Both the position numbers and the translations under genes were made by a program. The notes beneath the pieces are model-generated. The model was not told the origin of the DNA. It saw only the letters and a program-made list of their open reading frames with translations, and did no database searches. From NCBI GenBank assembly GCA_963765675.1, contig CAVXXK010000001.1, positions 448,001-512,000 of the forward strand: DNA of 64,000 nucleotides, read 5' to 3'. This document shows, one piece after another, positions 51,315-60,356 of the stretch. Numbering within the stretch: the first letter of the stretch is position 1; each line of letters begins with the position of its first letter. The stretch is from an uncultured delta proteobacterium (lineage in GTDB: Bacteria; Desulfobacterota; Binatia; Binatales; Binataceae).

Positions 51315-51665
51315 GTGAAATTCGCTCTCCTGATGTTAGGTGCTGTACTCATCCTCGGCGGGTGCGCGCCGTCCCAGGCCGAGCTCCAGTCCGAAGTGGT
51401 GGCTCAACGACAATGCGACGCGGAATTGCCAAGTCTCTATGAACAATCATGGTGGAAACGGCAAAAACTTTGGATGCGATGCGGCGGGGTCAAACCTCTT
51501 CCTTCGTCGTGCGAAAAGGGCGGGACTGAATCTCGGCCGGAATGCCTGCAGTGGGCCATGCAGATATATGGACAGCAACAGACTCAAGCGGATATTTCCG
51601 CCACCGACCAATTCACCGACGGAGTGGATGATGCGATAAATCAATCAATCCTGAATCGTCGTTAG
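51315..51665 (+). CDS. small Cys-rich lipoprotein
   Basis: Lipobox LGGC, four further Cys; lower GC; start uncertain. Confidence 0.5.
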   Translation: MKFALLMLGAVLILGGCAPSQAELQSEVVAQRQCDAELPSLYEQSWWKRQKLWMRCGGVKPLPSSCEKGGTESRPECLQWAMQIYGQQQTQADISATDQFTDGVDDAINQSILNRR

Positions 51666-51860
51666 TTCGAAGGTACGCGAGGGCGGGCGCGTTCCTAGGT
51701 CATTTTGAGGAAAGCAGCGGCTTCAAGATTTGCGTGAGGCCACTTCGCTAGATGGGGAGCGGTACCCTCTCAAGAAAGCCACGACTCAAGGGTGAGTGCT
51801 ATTACCGCTCATCCTGAGGCACGGAAGGTAAACCTGGCTTCCGAGCACGGCCAAAAGGAC

Positions 51861-52020
51861 CGACCTAACCCCTACCCCTTCCCGCACGGGAAGGGGCTCA
51901 GACAATCAGACCGAAGCCTGGAACGTAGGATCGCCGCTGCTTCATTGGAATCGCCAGACCTCTGCAACGCTTGCGGCGTACGTTCCCCTTCCCGTGCGGG
52001 AAGGGGTAGGGGTTAGGTCG
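51861..52020. repeat. inverted REP doublet (REPIN-like)
   Basis: CGACCTAACCCCTACCCCTTCCCGCACGGGAAGGGG at 51861-51896 and its exact reverse complement at 51985-52020. Confidence 0.88.
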
Positions 52021-52193
52021 ATCTTTTTTCGGCGTGCTCCAAACTCTCCAGTCACGCTCGGGTCCATTAGCGCTCATCTCCACCGTGACTTTCCTCAGAG
52101 GGTGCTGTTCTGCTTCTTAATCGCGCGGCGCTATCGCGACGCGCTGAATAAGGTCCCTCACCTTACCTCTCCCTTCCAGGGCGAGGAATCACA

Positions 52194-52261
52194 TTAGACG
52201 GAGTGGCTGCCACCTTCTCTACGAGCTGCCGCAAATGGCGGATCAGGTCTCGACGCTTCAT
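52194..52261 (-). pseudogene. hicA: HicA toxin remnant
   Basis: MKRRDLIRHL then frame-shifted REGGSHSV*; start overlaps hicB stop; a REP lies at 52154-52189. Confidence 0.65.
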
Positions 52262-52476
52262 CAGGCGTCAAGTTCAAAAGCTTCCCTGATAACTGTGCTG
52301 CCCTTAACTGATTCTTCCGCCAACTCTCGATTGGTTTGCATAACCAGCTCGACGGCTTCGCGGAGGTTGCGGCGCGCTTCGCTCAGAGTCCGGCCCTGGG
52401 TGTTGGCGCCGGGCAACTCCTCGACGAAGCCGATGTATCCCTCGGGAACCTTGCGGAAAATCGCTGTCAGCTTCAT
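52261..52476 (-). CDS. hicB: HicB family antitoxin
   Basis: EELPGANTQGRTLSEARRNLREAV; TAGGAT -10 six nt before ATG (leaderless). Confidence 0.88.
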   Translation of the reverse strand: MKLTAIFRKVPEGYIGFVEELPGANTQGRTLSEARRNLREAVELVMQTNRELAEESVKGSTVIREAFELDA

Positions 52477-52516
52477 GGTTTCATCCTAGCTTGCGCGCGC
52501 CGCCGACGCATCGGCG

Positions 52517-54622
52517 TCACTTCTCCAGCGCGCCGGTGGCATCTGCCATGATTTCGGAAAGATCGCGCACGCGCATCGTGTCTTCGAGCGAGCGCGATTT
52601 TACCGCGTCTTCGATCATCGTCATGCAGAAGGGGCATCCTACGGCTACGCACTCGGGCTTGGCTTCGCTTAGCTGATCGAGGCGCTTTTGATTGATGCGG
52701 GTGCCCTCGTGCTCTTCCTTCCACATGCATCCGCCGCCGGCGCCGCAGCAGAACGTCCGGTTCTTCGATTGGTCGACGTCGGAGACTTCGGCGCCGGGAA
52801 TCGCGCGGAGAATCTCGCGCGCGCCGTCCCATTCGCGGTTGTGCCGCGCCATGTAGCAGGGATCGTGATAGGTGACGCGCGCTTTCAAAATCTCCTTGGG
52901 TTTTAGGCGTCCCGCACGGACCAGCTCGGCCAGAAACTCGGCTTCATGCAGGACAGTGTAATTGCCGCCGAAGTCTGGATACTCATTCTTCAGATTGTGA
53001 AAACAGTGAGGACACTGAGTGACTATTCGTCGCGGCTTGTAGCGATTTAGCGTTTCAACATTCTGCGCCGCGACGGTCGCGTACAAATACTCATTGCCCA
53101 GCCTGCGCGCCGGATCGCCGGTGCAGGTTTCCTCTTTGCCCAGGATCCCGAACTTGACTCCGGCCTGCTGCATCAGCGCCGAGAACGCACGCGATACTTT
53201 CTGGTTGCGCTCGTCGAACGAACCCGCGCATCCAACCCAGTAGAGCACGTCGAGATCGGAGGGATCCTCGACCTCCGCCATCTCCGGGATGCCGAGGCCC
53301 GCGGCCCATTCCGCGCGCTTCTCGGCGGCAAGCCCCCACGGATTACCCTGGTTTTCGATTCCCTTGAATGCGCTGGTCGCTTCCTGCGGAAATTTGCTTT
53401 CCATCAGGACTTCGTAGCGGCGCATATCGACGATGCGCTGGATATGCTCGATCCCGACCGGGCATCCCTCCTCGCACCATCCGCAGGTCGTGCATGCCCA
53501 GACCGCGATTTCGGTCGCGACTTGGGTGATCATGTCGGGGCCGTCCCACACCGGAACTTCCGCGCCGTCGCCGCTGTTTTTCGCGGCTTCGGCGGCGAGC
53601 AGGAGGGGAGCCTTCTGCAGCAGATGCTCGCGCTGCTCGATCACGAGAAATTTCGGATTCAGCGTCTTGCCGGTGTTGACCGTCGGACAGTTGATCGTGC
53701 ATCGCCCGCATTCGAGGCACGACGACATGTCGAGCAACTGCTTCCAGGTGTATTGCTCGACCTGCGAGACGCCGAAAGTCTCGGCAGTCTCGAAATCCTT
53801 GATCGGAGCGAGGCGGCCGCGCGGCCCAAGATTGCGAAAGAACAGATTCACCGGTCCGAAGACCAGATGGCGCAGCTTGGTGAACGCGAAACACGCGAGC
53901 AGCACGTACACGAGAATCAGATGCGTCAGCCACAGGTAGCGATGATAGGTCACTCCCGCGCCGAGCGCGCCTTCAAGGTGGCCGATGGTGCGGCCGATGT
54001 AGGCCCATTCGGTGAACTTCGGATGAGTCGCGTTGATACGCGCGCCCTCGAGCATCAGGCCCGTCAGCGCGACCAGCACCAGCATCGTCATCGGGAACCA
54101 GTAGCCGAGCCGGTTCTCTAAATTTTCGTTGACCTTGTCGGCGGGAGGCTGATTCAGCACCGACGGTTTGCGGACTCGGCGGCGCGCGCCTTCGGCCAGA
54201 ATTCCGGCGATCAGGATCAGGAAAAAGGTGTCCATCGCGGCTTTGAAGAACAGGTAGAAATCGCCGTAGTAGAAATAGAGCTTGAGTCCGAAGACCTCGA
54301 CCAGGTCGCGCACGTCGCTATTGATCGCGACGATCGTCGTGCCGATCAGCAGCCCGACGAAGCCGACGTAGAACGAGTAATGCATCCATCCCCAGGACTC
54401 GCGGGTGACGTAGCCCTGTCCGAGCGCGTCGCGCAGCGAGAGGAACAGGCGGCGCGGAATCTGGTCGAGACGATTTTCGGCGACGCCCAGCCGAATCCTG
54501 CGGTACCATCCGAGACCCGCCCACACGTACGCGGCGATCAGCACGGCCAGCAGCAAATACATCAGGACGATGAATGGGATCGGGACGTTCCAGAGAATCT
54601 GGCGGGTGACTTGCTCGTTCAT
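52517..54622 (-). CDS. membrane Fe-S oxidoreductase (FadF/HdrD-like, CCG domains)
   Basis: TM N-terminus; CLECGRCTINCP, CTTCGWCEEGCP, YWVGC, CPHC, YHDPCY, CCGAGGG, CPFC. Confidence 0.9.
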   Translation of the reverse strand: MNEQVTRQILWNVPIPFIVLMYLLLAVLIAAYVWAGLGWYRRIRLGVAENRLDQIPRRLFLSLRDALGQGYVTRESWGWMHYSFYVGFVGLLIGTTIVAINSDVRDLVEVFGLKLYFYYGDFYLFFKAAMDTFFLILIAGILAEGARRRVRKPSVLNQPPADKVNENLENRLGYWFPMTMLVLVALTGLMLEGARINATHPKFTEWAYIGRTIGHLEGALGAGVTYHRYLWLTHLILVYVLLACFAFTKLRHLVFGPVNLFFRNLGPRGRLAPIKDFETAETFGVSQVEQYTWKQLLDMSSCLECGRCTINCPTVNTGKTLNPKFLVIEQREHLLQKAPLLLAAEAAKNSGDGAEVPVWDGPDMITQVATEIAVWACTTCGWCEEGCPVGIEHIQRIVDMRRYEVLMESKFPQEATSAFKGIENQGNPWGLAAEKRAEWAAGLGIPEMAEVEDPSDLDVLYWVGCAGSFDERNQKVSRAFSALMQQAGVKFGILGKEETCTGDPARRLGNEYLYATVAAQNVETLNRYKPRRIVTQCPHCFHNLKNEYPDFGGNYTVLHEAEFLAELVRAGRLKPKEILKARVTYHDPCYMARHNREWDGAREILRAIPGAEVSDVDQSKNRTFCCGAGGGCMWKEEHEGTRINQKRLDQLSEAKPECVAVGCPFCMTMIEDAVKSRSLEDTMRVRDLSEIMADATGALEK

Positions 54623-54779
54623 TTGGGCTCCGGAGGACTCTCGCCGGCGGGCGCCGGATACGACGCCCGAACTGGCATTCTGTACCAGTCTTAAATCAGA
54701 CCCGCACGAGTAAATTCAATGCTAATCCCGGCGAATTATCGAGGCGAGCCAACCCGTCGCATGACGGTGACATACGCGA

Positions 54780-55826
54780 TCAGACCTTGAAGCGGATATG
54801 AATGATATCGCCGTCGCGCATGATGTAGTCGCGTCCTTCGAGGCGGAGCTTGCCCGCTTCCTTGACTTTCGCATCGGACTTGAGCGCGGCAAAATCCTCG
54901 TAGCTGACGACCTCGGCGCGGATGAACCCGCGCGCGATATCGCTGTGAATCACGCCGGCCGCGTCGAGCGCGGTGTCGCCGCGATGCAGCGACCACGCGT
55001 GCGCCTCCGGCTCGCCGGCGGTGTAGAAAGCGATCAACCCCAGATGCGCGTAGAGTGCCGTGATCAGCCGGTCGCGCGCGGGCGCGTCGAGTCCCGCGGC
55101 GGCGAGCATCTCCTTGCGTCCATCCGCTTCGAGCTCCCACAACTCCGATTCGAACGAGGCCGCGAGCCTGAAGACCTCGATTCCGCGCGCGTGGACGGCG
55201 GTGCGCTCAGCCTCGGTGATGTCGGCGGCGGCGGCTTCCATCTCGCAATTGACGACGGCGAGGACAGGCTTGCGCGAGAGAAAACCGAAGCTCGAGAACG
55301 CGGCGAGCTCCTGCGCCGTCATCTCCATGAGGCGCAGCGGCTTGCCCTCTTCCAGCCATTTGAGGACTTTTTCGAGCGCGGTCTTCTCGAACTCGGTCGC
55401 GCTGCGATCTTTTTTGACGCGCTCGAGGCGGCGCTCGGCCTGATCGAAGTCGGCAAAGACCAGCTCGCCCTCGATACTTTCGAGCGCGGGCAGCAGGTCT
55501 TTGTGCATCGCGGCGAACTGCGGGATGACGACCAGCAGCGCGTCGAGATCGCGGATGAGCGGCAGCAGGCTCGCGTCGAGCGCGGCGCCCTCTTTCTGTT
55601 CCTTTGGATTGGGCGCGAAATCGAGAATCGTCAGTTCGACCGGGACCTTCTTTTTCGAGCCGTAGGTGGCCTCGAGAAAATCCAGGCGCGGGTCGGCGAC
55701 TTTGATCTGTCCGGGGCGGCCGCGATTTTTGCCTTCGGCGGCGCCGGGAATCGGCGCGAGCCCGGTGAGCGCGTGGAATACGGCAGACTTTCCGGCGCCT
55801 CGCGCGCCGATAATTCCGGTTTTCAA
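54780..55826 (-). CDS. divergent YchF/OLA1-like ATPase (DUF933 C-terminus)
   Basis: GARGAGKS, VADPRLD, AGVIHSDIARGFIRAEV, GKLRLEGRDYIMRDGD. Confidence 0.85.
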   Translation of the reverse strand: MKTGIIGARGAGKSAVFHALTGLAPIPGAAEGKNRGRPGQIKVADPRLDFLEATYGSKKKVPVELTILDFAPNPKEQKEGAALDASLLPLIRDLDALLVVIPQFAAMHKDLLPALESIEGELVFADFDQAERRLERVKKDRSATEFEKTALEKVLKWLEEGKPLRLMEMTAQELAAFSSFGFLSRKPVLAVVNCEMEAAAADITEAERTAVHARGIEVFRLAASFESELWELEADGRKEMLAAAGLDAPARDRLITALYAHLGLIAFYTAGEPEAHAWSLHRGDTALDAAGVIHSDIARGFIRAEVVSYEDFAALKSDAKVKEAGKLRLEGRDYIMRDGDIIHIRFKV

Positions 55827-55936
55827 AATGATCAGCCCTCGAAACAATCGAGGCTGACATATCGCCGCGAGGGACGAAAGTGCGCCGGTTTTTCTCGCGG
55901 CGGTCCAGGATTAAAATCGACGCGCCGAATGCTGGT

Positions 55937-56269
55937 GTGTCATTCCCGCGCGCGTGGCTGCCACGCGCGAGAGCCTGTCCTGAGCAAGGCCGAAGGAAAT
56001 CCTGTGCTAGGCCCTCGGCCTTCAGCCAACTCGCGGATGCGTGCATGAACGCCCCGGGATTTCCCCCGGAGCCTGCCCTGAGCAGCGTCGAAGGGGTCGA
56101 AATGACGGATGTGGGTTTGGTGATGAGTATCGTAGTCTCAGCCGAGCCCCCAATCGTCATTCCGAGCCCTGGGCGAGGAATCCCGAGACGGCCGTGCTCC
56201 CAGTCCGCATCTCATGCTGTGGCCTTTCGTTCTGGACTGCTCGCACGCCAGCCACGTCCGGTAATGACA
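55937..56269. repeat. composite palindromic REP element, copy C
   Basis: Left arm nearly identical to 33005-33066; central segment is the reverse complement of 33117-33176. Confidence 0.85.
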
Positions 56270-56347
56270 AGCGATTAAAACCGTCGGCCGATCAAACTGA
56301 CCTACTGTCGGTTTCCTGCTATAAGCCGAGCGAGCGAGGTGAACGCG

Positions 56348-57628
56348 ATGCCACAGGCGCCGGCTGATTATCCCGTCCGTTACCCGATCGATTTCGGCGA
56401 CATCAATCCCGACGTTCGCCAGCGCGTCGTTCAACTCTACGCCGCCGACCTGGGTAAATCCCGCGGCGTGCTGTGGATGCCGCCAAAGGGAAAGCCGCGC
56501 ACGGTTGTGATCATGTCGCATCCGCGCGCCGACTTCTCGACCCATTACTCGATTCCATACTGGGTCGATGCAGGCTTCGCCGCGTTCGCGCTCAATACGC
56601 GCTACCTGAACAACGACGCGATGATGCTGCACGAGAGTCTGCTGCTCGACCTCGCGGCGGGAATCAAATTTCTGCGCGAGGAAGAAGGCTTCGAGCATAT
56701 CGTGATGCTCGGCAACTCGGGGGGCGGCTCGCTGTTCTCCTATTACGACGCTCAGGCGCGCACGCCGAAAGGTCAGCGCGTGGCCGCTCCTCCGGGGGGC
56801 GGTCCTCCTGATCTGAACAAGTTCGAGCTGCCGTTATGCGACGGCTTCATCATGCTGGCGGCGCATCCGGGCCAGGGGATGGTCCTGATGAGTTGCCTCG
56901 ACGCGGCGGTGGTTGACGAATCGGATCCGATCGCGTCCGATGCGGCGCTCGACATGTATGACGAGGCGAACGGGTTCCGCACGCCACCCGCCGCGAGCAG
57001 CTATTCGAAAGAGTTCGTCGACAGATATCGCGCGGCGCAGCGCTCGCGATGCGCGCGGATCGACGCGATCGCGCGGCGGCATATAGATGAAGCGAATTCC
57101 TCGCGCGCGATCATGCGCGACAAGGATTTCGCCGCGACGGCGCCGGCGCGCAGAAATTTCGCGGCTCGCCGCGCGATGGCGCCGACGTACATGATCGTCT
57201 ATCGCACGCAGGCCAATCCGAATTACTGCGATCTTTCGATCGATCCGTCCGAGCGCGCCGTCGGCTCGATCATTTCGGCGCGTCCGGACCTCGCGAACTA
57301 CTCGGCCTTCGGGCTTGGGCGAATCGTCACGCCCGACGCGTGGCTCTCGACCTGGTCGGGTCTGTCGTCGTACGCGAAGACGGCGGTGAATCTTCCCAAG
57401 GTCACGGCGCCGACGCTGATTGTCGGCGCGAATGCGGACCAGGATATTTTTCTCTCCGACGTGCGCGCGGAGTTCGAGGCATCGGGCGCCAGCGATAAGA
57501 CGATCGCGTTCATCGAGGGCGCCGATCACTTCATGCGCGTCGGTGGCACGAAAGCGCACCTCGGCGATCCGCGTCCGCGCCTGATGAAAGTGCTGGCCAA
57601 CTGGACGCGCGAGCGCTTCGCACCGTAG
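56348..57628 (+). CDS. alpha/beta hydrolase
   Basis: GNSGGG nucleophile elbow, WLSTWS, GADH. Confidence 0.8.
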   Translation: MPQAPADYPVRYPIDFGDINPDVRQRVVQLYAADLGKSRGVLWMPPKGKPRTVVIMSHPRADFSTHYSIPYWVDAGFAAFALNTRYLNNDAMMLHESLLLDLAAGIKFLREEEGFEHIVMLGNSGGGSLFSYYDAQARTPKGQRVAAPPGGGPPDLNKFELPLCDGFIMLAAHPGQGMVLMSCLDAAVVDESDPIASDAALDMYDEANGFRTPPAASSYSKEFVDRYRAAQRSRCARIDAIARRHIDEANSSRAIMRDKDFAATAPARRNFAARRAMAPTYMIVYRTQANPNYCDLSIDPSERAVGSIISARPDLANYSAFGLGRIVTPDAWLSTWSGLSSYAKTAVNLPKVTAPTLIVGANADQDIFLSDVRAEFEASGASDKTIAFIEGADHFMRVGGTKAHLGDPRPRLMKVLANWTRERFAP

Positions 57629-57640
57629 GCCGGCTAGCGG

Positions 57641-58798
57641 CTATCTCTCGTACGCCGCGAGCTGCTCCTGCCACTTGCTTCCGAAGGCCATTATCAGGAC
57701 CTGCTGATTGATCGCTTCGTCGCCTTCGAGACTGCGCATCTCGCCGCCTCCAGTGTGCGCGATCACCGCGAACGCGGCGCGCGCCTGCTGATAGAACGCA
57801 GGCATCGGCGCGGCCGCGGTGTTGGCCTCGCGATGAACGCGGATGTTGAGCTCGTGCTCGAAGCGCTGATGCTCCTGCGCGGTGGGATCGACGACGCTGA
57901 CGGTGCCGTTTTCGGCGCGGAACTTGCGCTCGAGCTCGAGAATCGCCGCGAACTTGTCCTGCTTTGGCGGCGCGTCGCCGGCCAGCACGATCACCTTGCG
58001 CGCGTAAGGCTTCCAGTCCATCCGATCGATCGCGGCCTGCATCGCGCCGTAGGTGTTTTCTTCCCACTCGCCGCCGCCCTTGGTCTGGATTGCGGACAAA
58101 AACGCGTCGAGCTTCGCCGGCGACAGCGTGAGCGGCTGCACGTCGAGCGGCTCGCCCTCGCCTCCGTACACGACGATTCCAATGCGCGCCGTGGGAACCA
58201 GGCGCTGAATCGCGCGCACGAGCTCCTTCATCCGCGCCTTCACATCCGCCATCACCAGCCGCATCGAGTCGGTCCCGTCGATCACCAGCACGACGTCCAA
58301 TCCATTGCGGCGAAGATGGCCGATGAACCCGCCCCATCCGCCACCGAAGCCGGGGCCGTGCCCGGTGCCAAGTCCTTCGCCACCACGATTGAGCCCGATC
58401 CCGCCCGCTGCGGAACGGACGTAGTCGGTCGCGAGCGCGACCGCCTGCGCCATGTCGTCGGTCCGCGGCAACTCGGTTTGCTGCGGCGCGACGTCGGGCA
58501 TCGGAACTTCCGGCATGTCGAGCTTCTGCATCTCGTCGCCACCACCGCCGCCGCCGCCCGCTTCGAGATTGACGAGGATCAAATCGCGTCCGCGGCTTTC
58601 GTGGACCGTGATAATCAGGAACAGCAGCGCGCCGACATGAATCGCGACCGAAAGCGGAAACGGGCCGCCGACAAACCGGACCGCCCGCGCGATCACGCCC
58701 GCTCCGCCATCCTCGCGGCGCCTGAGCCGCCGGATCGCGATTGCGACGACGATTATCGAGAGGCAAAGCGCTATCAATGCGAACAGGTACGGGTTCAT
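57641..58798 (-). CDS. membrane-anchored vWA domain protein
   Basis: GGAGGT SD; two TM helices (second PFPLSVAIH), Gly/Pro linker, DVVLVIDGTDSM, GGGEWEE, LAGDAPP. Confidence 0.85.
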   Translation of the reverse strand: MNPYLFALIALCLSIIVVAIAIRRLRRREDGGAGVIARAVRFVGGPFPLSVAIHVGALLFLIITVHESRGRDLILVNLEAGGGGGGGDEMQKLDMPEVPMPDVAPQQTELPRTDDMAQAVALATDYVRSAAGGIGLNRGGEGLGTGHGPGFGGGWGGFIGHLRRNGLDVVLVIDGTDSMRLVMADVKARMKELVRAIQRLVPTARIGIVVYGGEGEPLDVQPLTLSPAKLDAFLSAIQTKGGGEWEENTYGAMQAAIDRMDWKPYARKVIVLAGDAPPKQDKFAAILELERKFRAENGTVSVVDPTAQEHQRFEHELNIRVHREANTAAAPMPAFYQQARAAFAVIAHTGGGEMRSLEGDEAINQQVLIMAFGSKWQEQLAAYER

Positions 58799-58922
58799 CG
58801 CGACACCTCCTGATCGGGTCCGGGGCGTCTATACAAACGCTCCTGATGATCAGATCGCGCGCGGAAGCTTTTCTTGCAGAATTTCTTTGCGCGGCCGGGT
58901 TCAGAGCAAACGAACCCACGCG

Positions 58923-60356
58923 CTAGGGAGTGCCGCTTGCGGAATTGATCCCACGGCCGAAGGCGGAGACCTGATTCTGCCACTGTTCGCCAAAGGCGAG
59001 GATCAGCACCTGCTGGTTGATGTGCGAGTCGTGCGTGAGCGAGCGCATCGCACCGCCGCCCGCATTGGCGAGCACCTTATAAGCGGCGCGAGTCTGCTGA
59101 TAGAACTCCGGCAGCGGCGTGATTTTCGGCGGCTCCTCGCGATGCACCTTGAGCCAGAACTCGCGCTCGAAGCGCTCGTGCTCTTCCGCCGCCACGTCGA
59201 CGGTGTTGAAAGTTCCGTTCTCGGTCTTGAACTTGCGGATCATCGCGACCAGCGGCGCGAAGTCTTCCTTGCGTGGCGGCGAGTCGCCGACCAGCACCAC
59301 CACCTTCTTCGCGTACGGCTTCCAGTCCATCTTGTCCATCGCGGTCTCGCACGCGCCGAAAGTGTCTTCTTCCCATTCGCCCCCGCCCTTGGCGGTGATG
59401 TGATCGAGGAACTCGGTCAGCTTCTGCGGCGACAGCGTCAGAGGCTGGATCTCCATCGTCTCGCCCTTGCCGCCGAACACGATGATGCCGACGCGCGCGA
59501 TCGGAACCAGCCGATGGATCGCCTGGATGAGCTGCCCCATCTTGGCCTTCACGTCATCGATGATCAGACCCATCGAGCCGGTGCCGTCGATCACCAGCAC
59601 CACGTCCAAGCCCTTGCGTCGGAGTTCTCCGATAAATCCGCCGAAGCCCGTGCCGATACCGTGGCCGTAGCCTGAACCCATCCCACCGCCGCGGCCGATT
59701 CCGATTCCGCCGCCACCGGCCGCGCGCACGTAGTCGTTGGCCATGCCGACCGCCTGCGAGGTATCGATCGCTTGCGGATTGTCCATCTGCTGGGGCGCGG
59801 TGTCTGGCATCGGCACTTCAGGCATGTCGAGATCCTGCATCTCGTTGCCGCCGCCTCCACCGCCGCCCGCTTCGAGATTGACCATGATAAATTCGCGTCC
59901 ACGCTGCTCGTGCACGGTGATGATCAGCAGCATGATCAGCACCAGGTGGATCGCGACCGAAAGCGGAAACGGGCCCACGATGAATCGGAACCCGCGGCGG
60001 AGCGCGGCGACGATGCCCTCGTCCTCGCCGTGGGGCGATAGCTCGGAGTCGTCGTCAGAATCGGCTTCCGCGAGAGCTGGCAGCGCGAGCCTCTTGGGAG
60101 CATCCAGGGCACCGCTGCGGGCGAGAGCCGCGAGATTGCGTTGGCATAGCACGCATCGCGCGGCGTGATGCTCCCAGCGCGAGTATTCGTCCGCATCCAG
60201 CAAGCGAGTAGCGAATGCCGCGAGCACGTCGGCGTCCGGACAATCGCTGCCGGACGCATCAAGCCCATCGGCCAGGCGGCGCGCGGTCAGCACGTCGAGC
60301 GCGTCATTTCCCACTTCGCTATTTTCGCGGTCTTCGCCGTTTATGCGATTAGCCAT
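58923..60356 (-). CDS. zf-HC2 anti-sigma domain - TM - vWA fusion protein
   Basis: CPDADVLAAF...HAARCVLC, TM PFPLSVAIH, DVVLVIDGTGSM MIDAS, LVGDSPP; TAATG overlap with sigma stop. Confidence 0.85.
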   Translation of the reverse strand: MANRINGEDRENSEVGNDALDVLTARRLADGLDASGSDCPDADVLAAFATRLLDADEYSRWEHHAARCVLCQRNLAALARSGALDAPKRLALPALAEADSDDDSELSPHGEDEGIVAALRRGFRFIVGPFPLSVAIHLVLIMLLIITVHEQRGREFIMVNLEAGGGGGGGNEMQDLDMPEVPMPDTAPQQMDNPQAIDTSQAVGMANDYVRAAGGGGIGIGRGGGMGSGYGHGIGTGFGGFIGELRRKGLDVVLVIDGTGSMGLIIDDVKAKMGQLIQAIHRLVPIARVGIIVFGGKGETMEIQPLTLSPQKLTEFLDHITAKGGGEWEEDTFGACETAMDKMDWKPYAKKVVVLVGDSPPRKEDFAPLVAMIRKFKTENGTFNTVDVAAEEHERFEREFWLKVHREEPPKITPLPEFYQQTRAAYKVLANAGGGAMRSLTHDSHINQQVLILAFGEQWQNQVSAFGRGINSASGTP

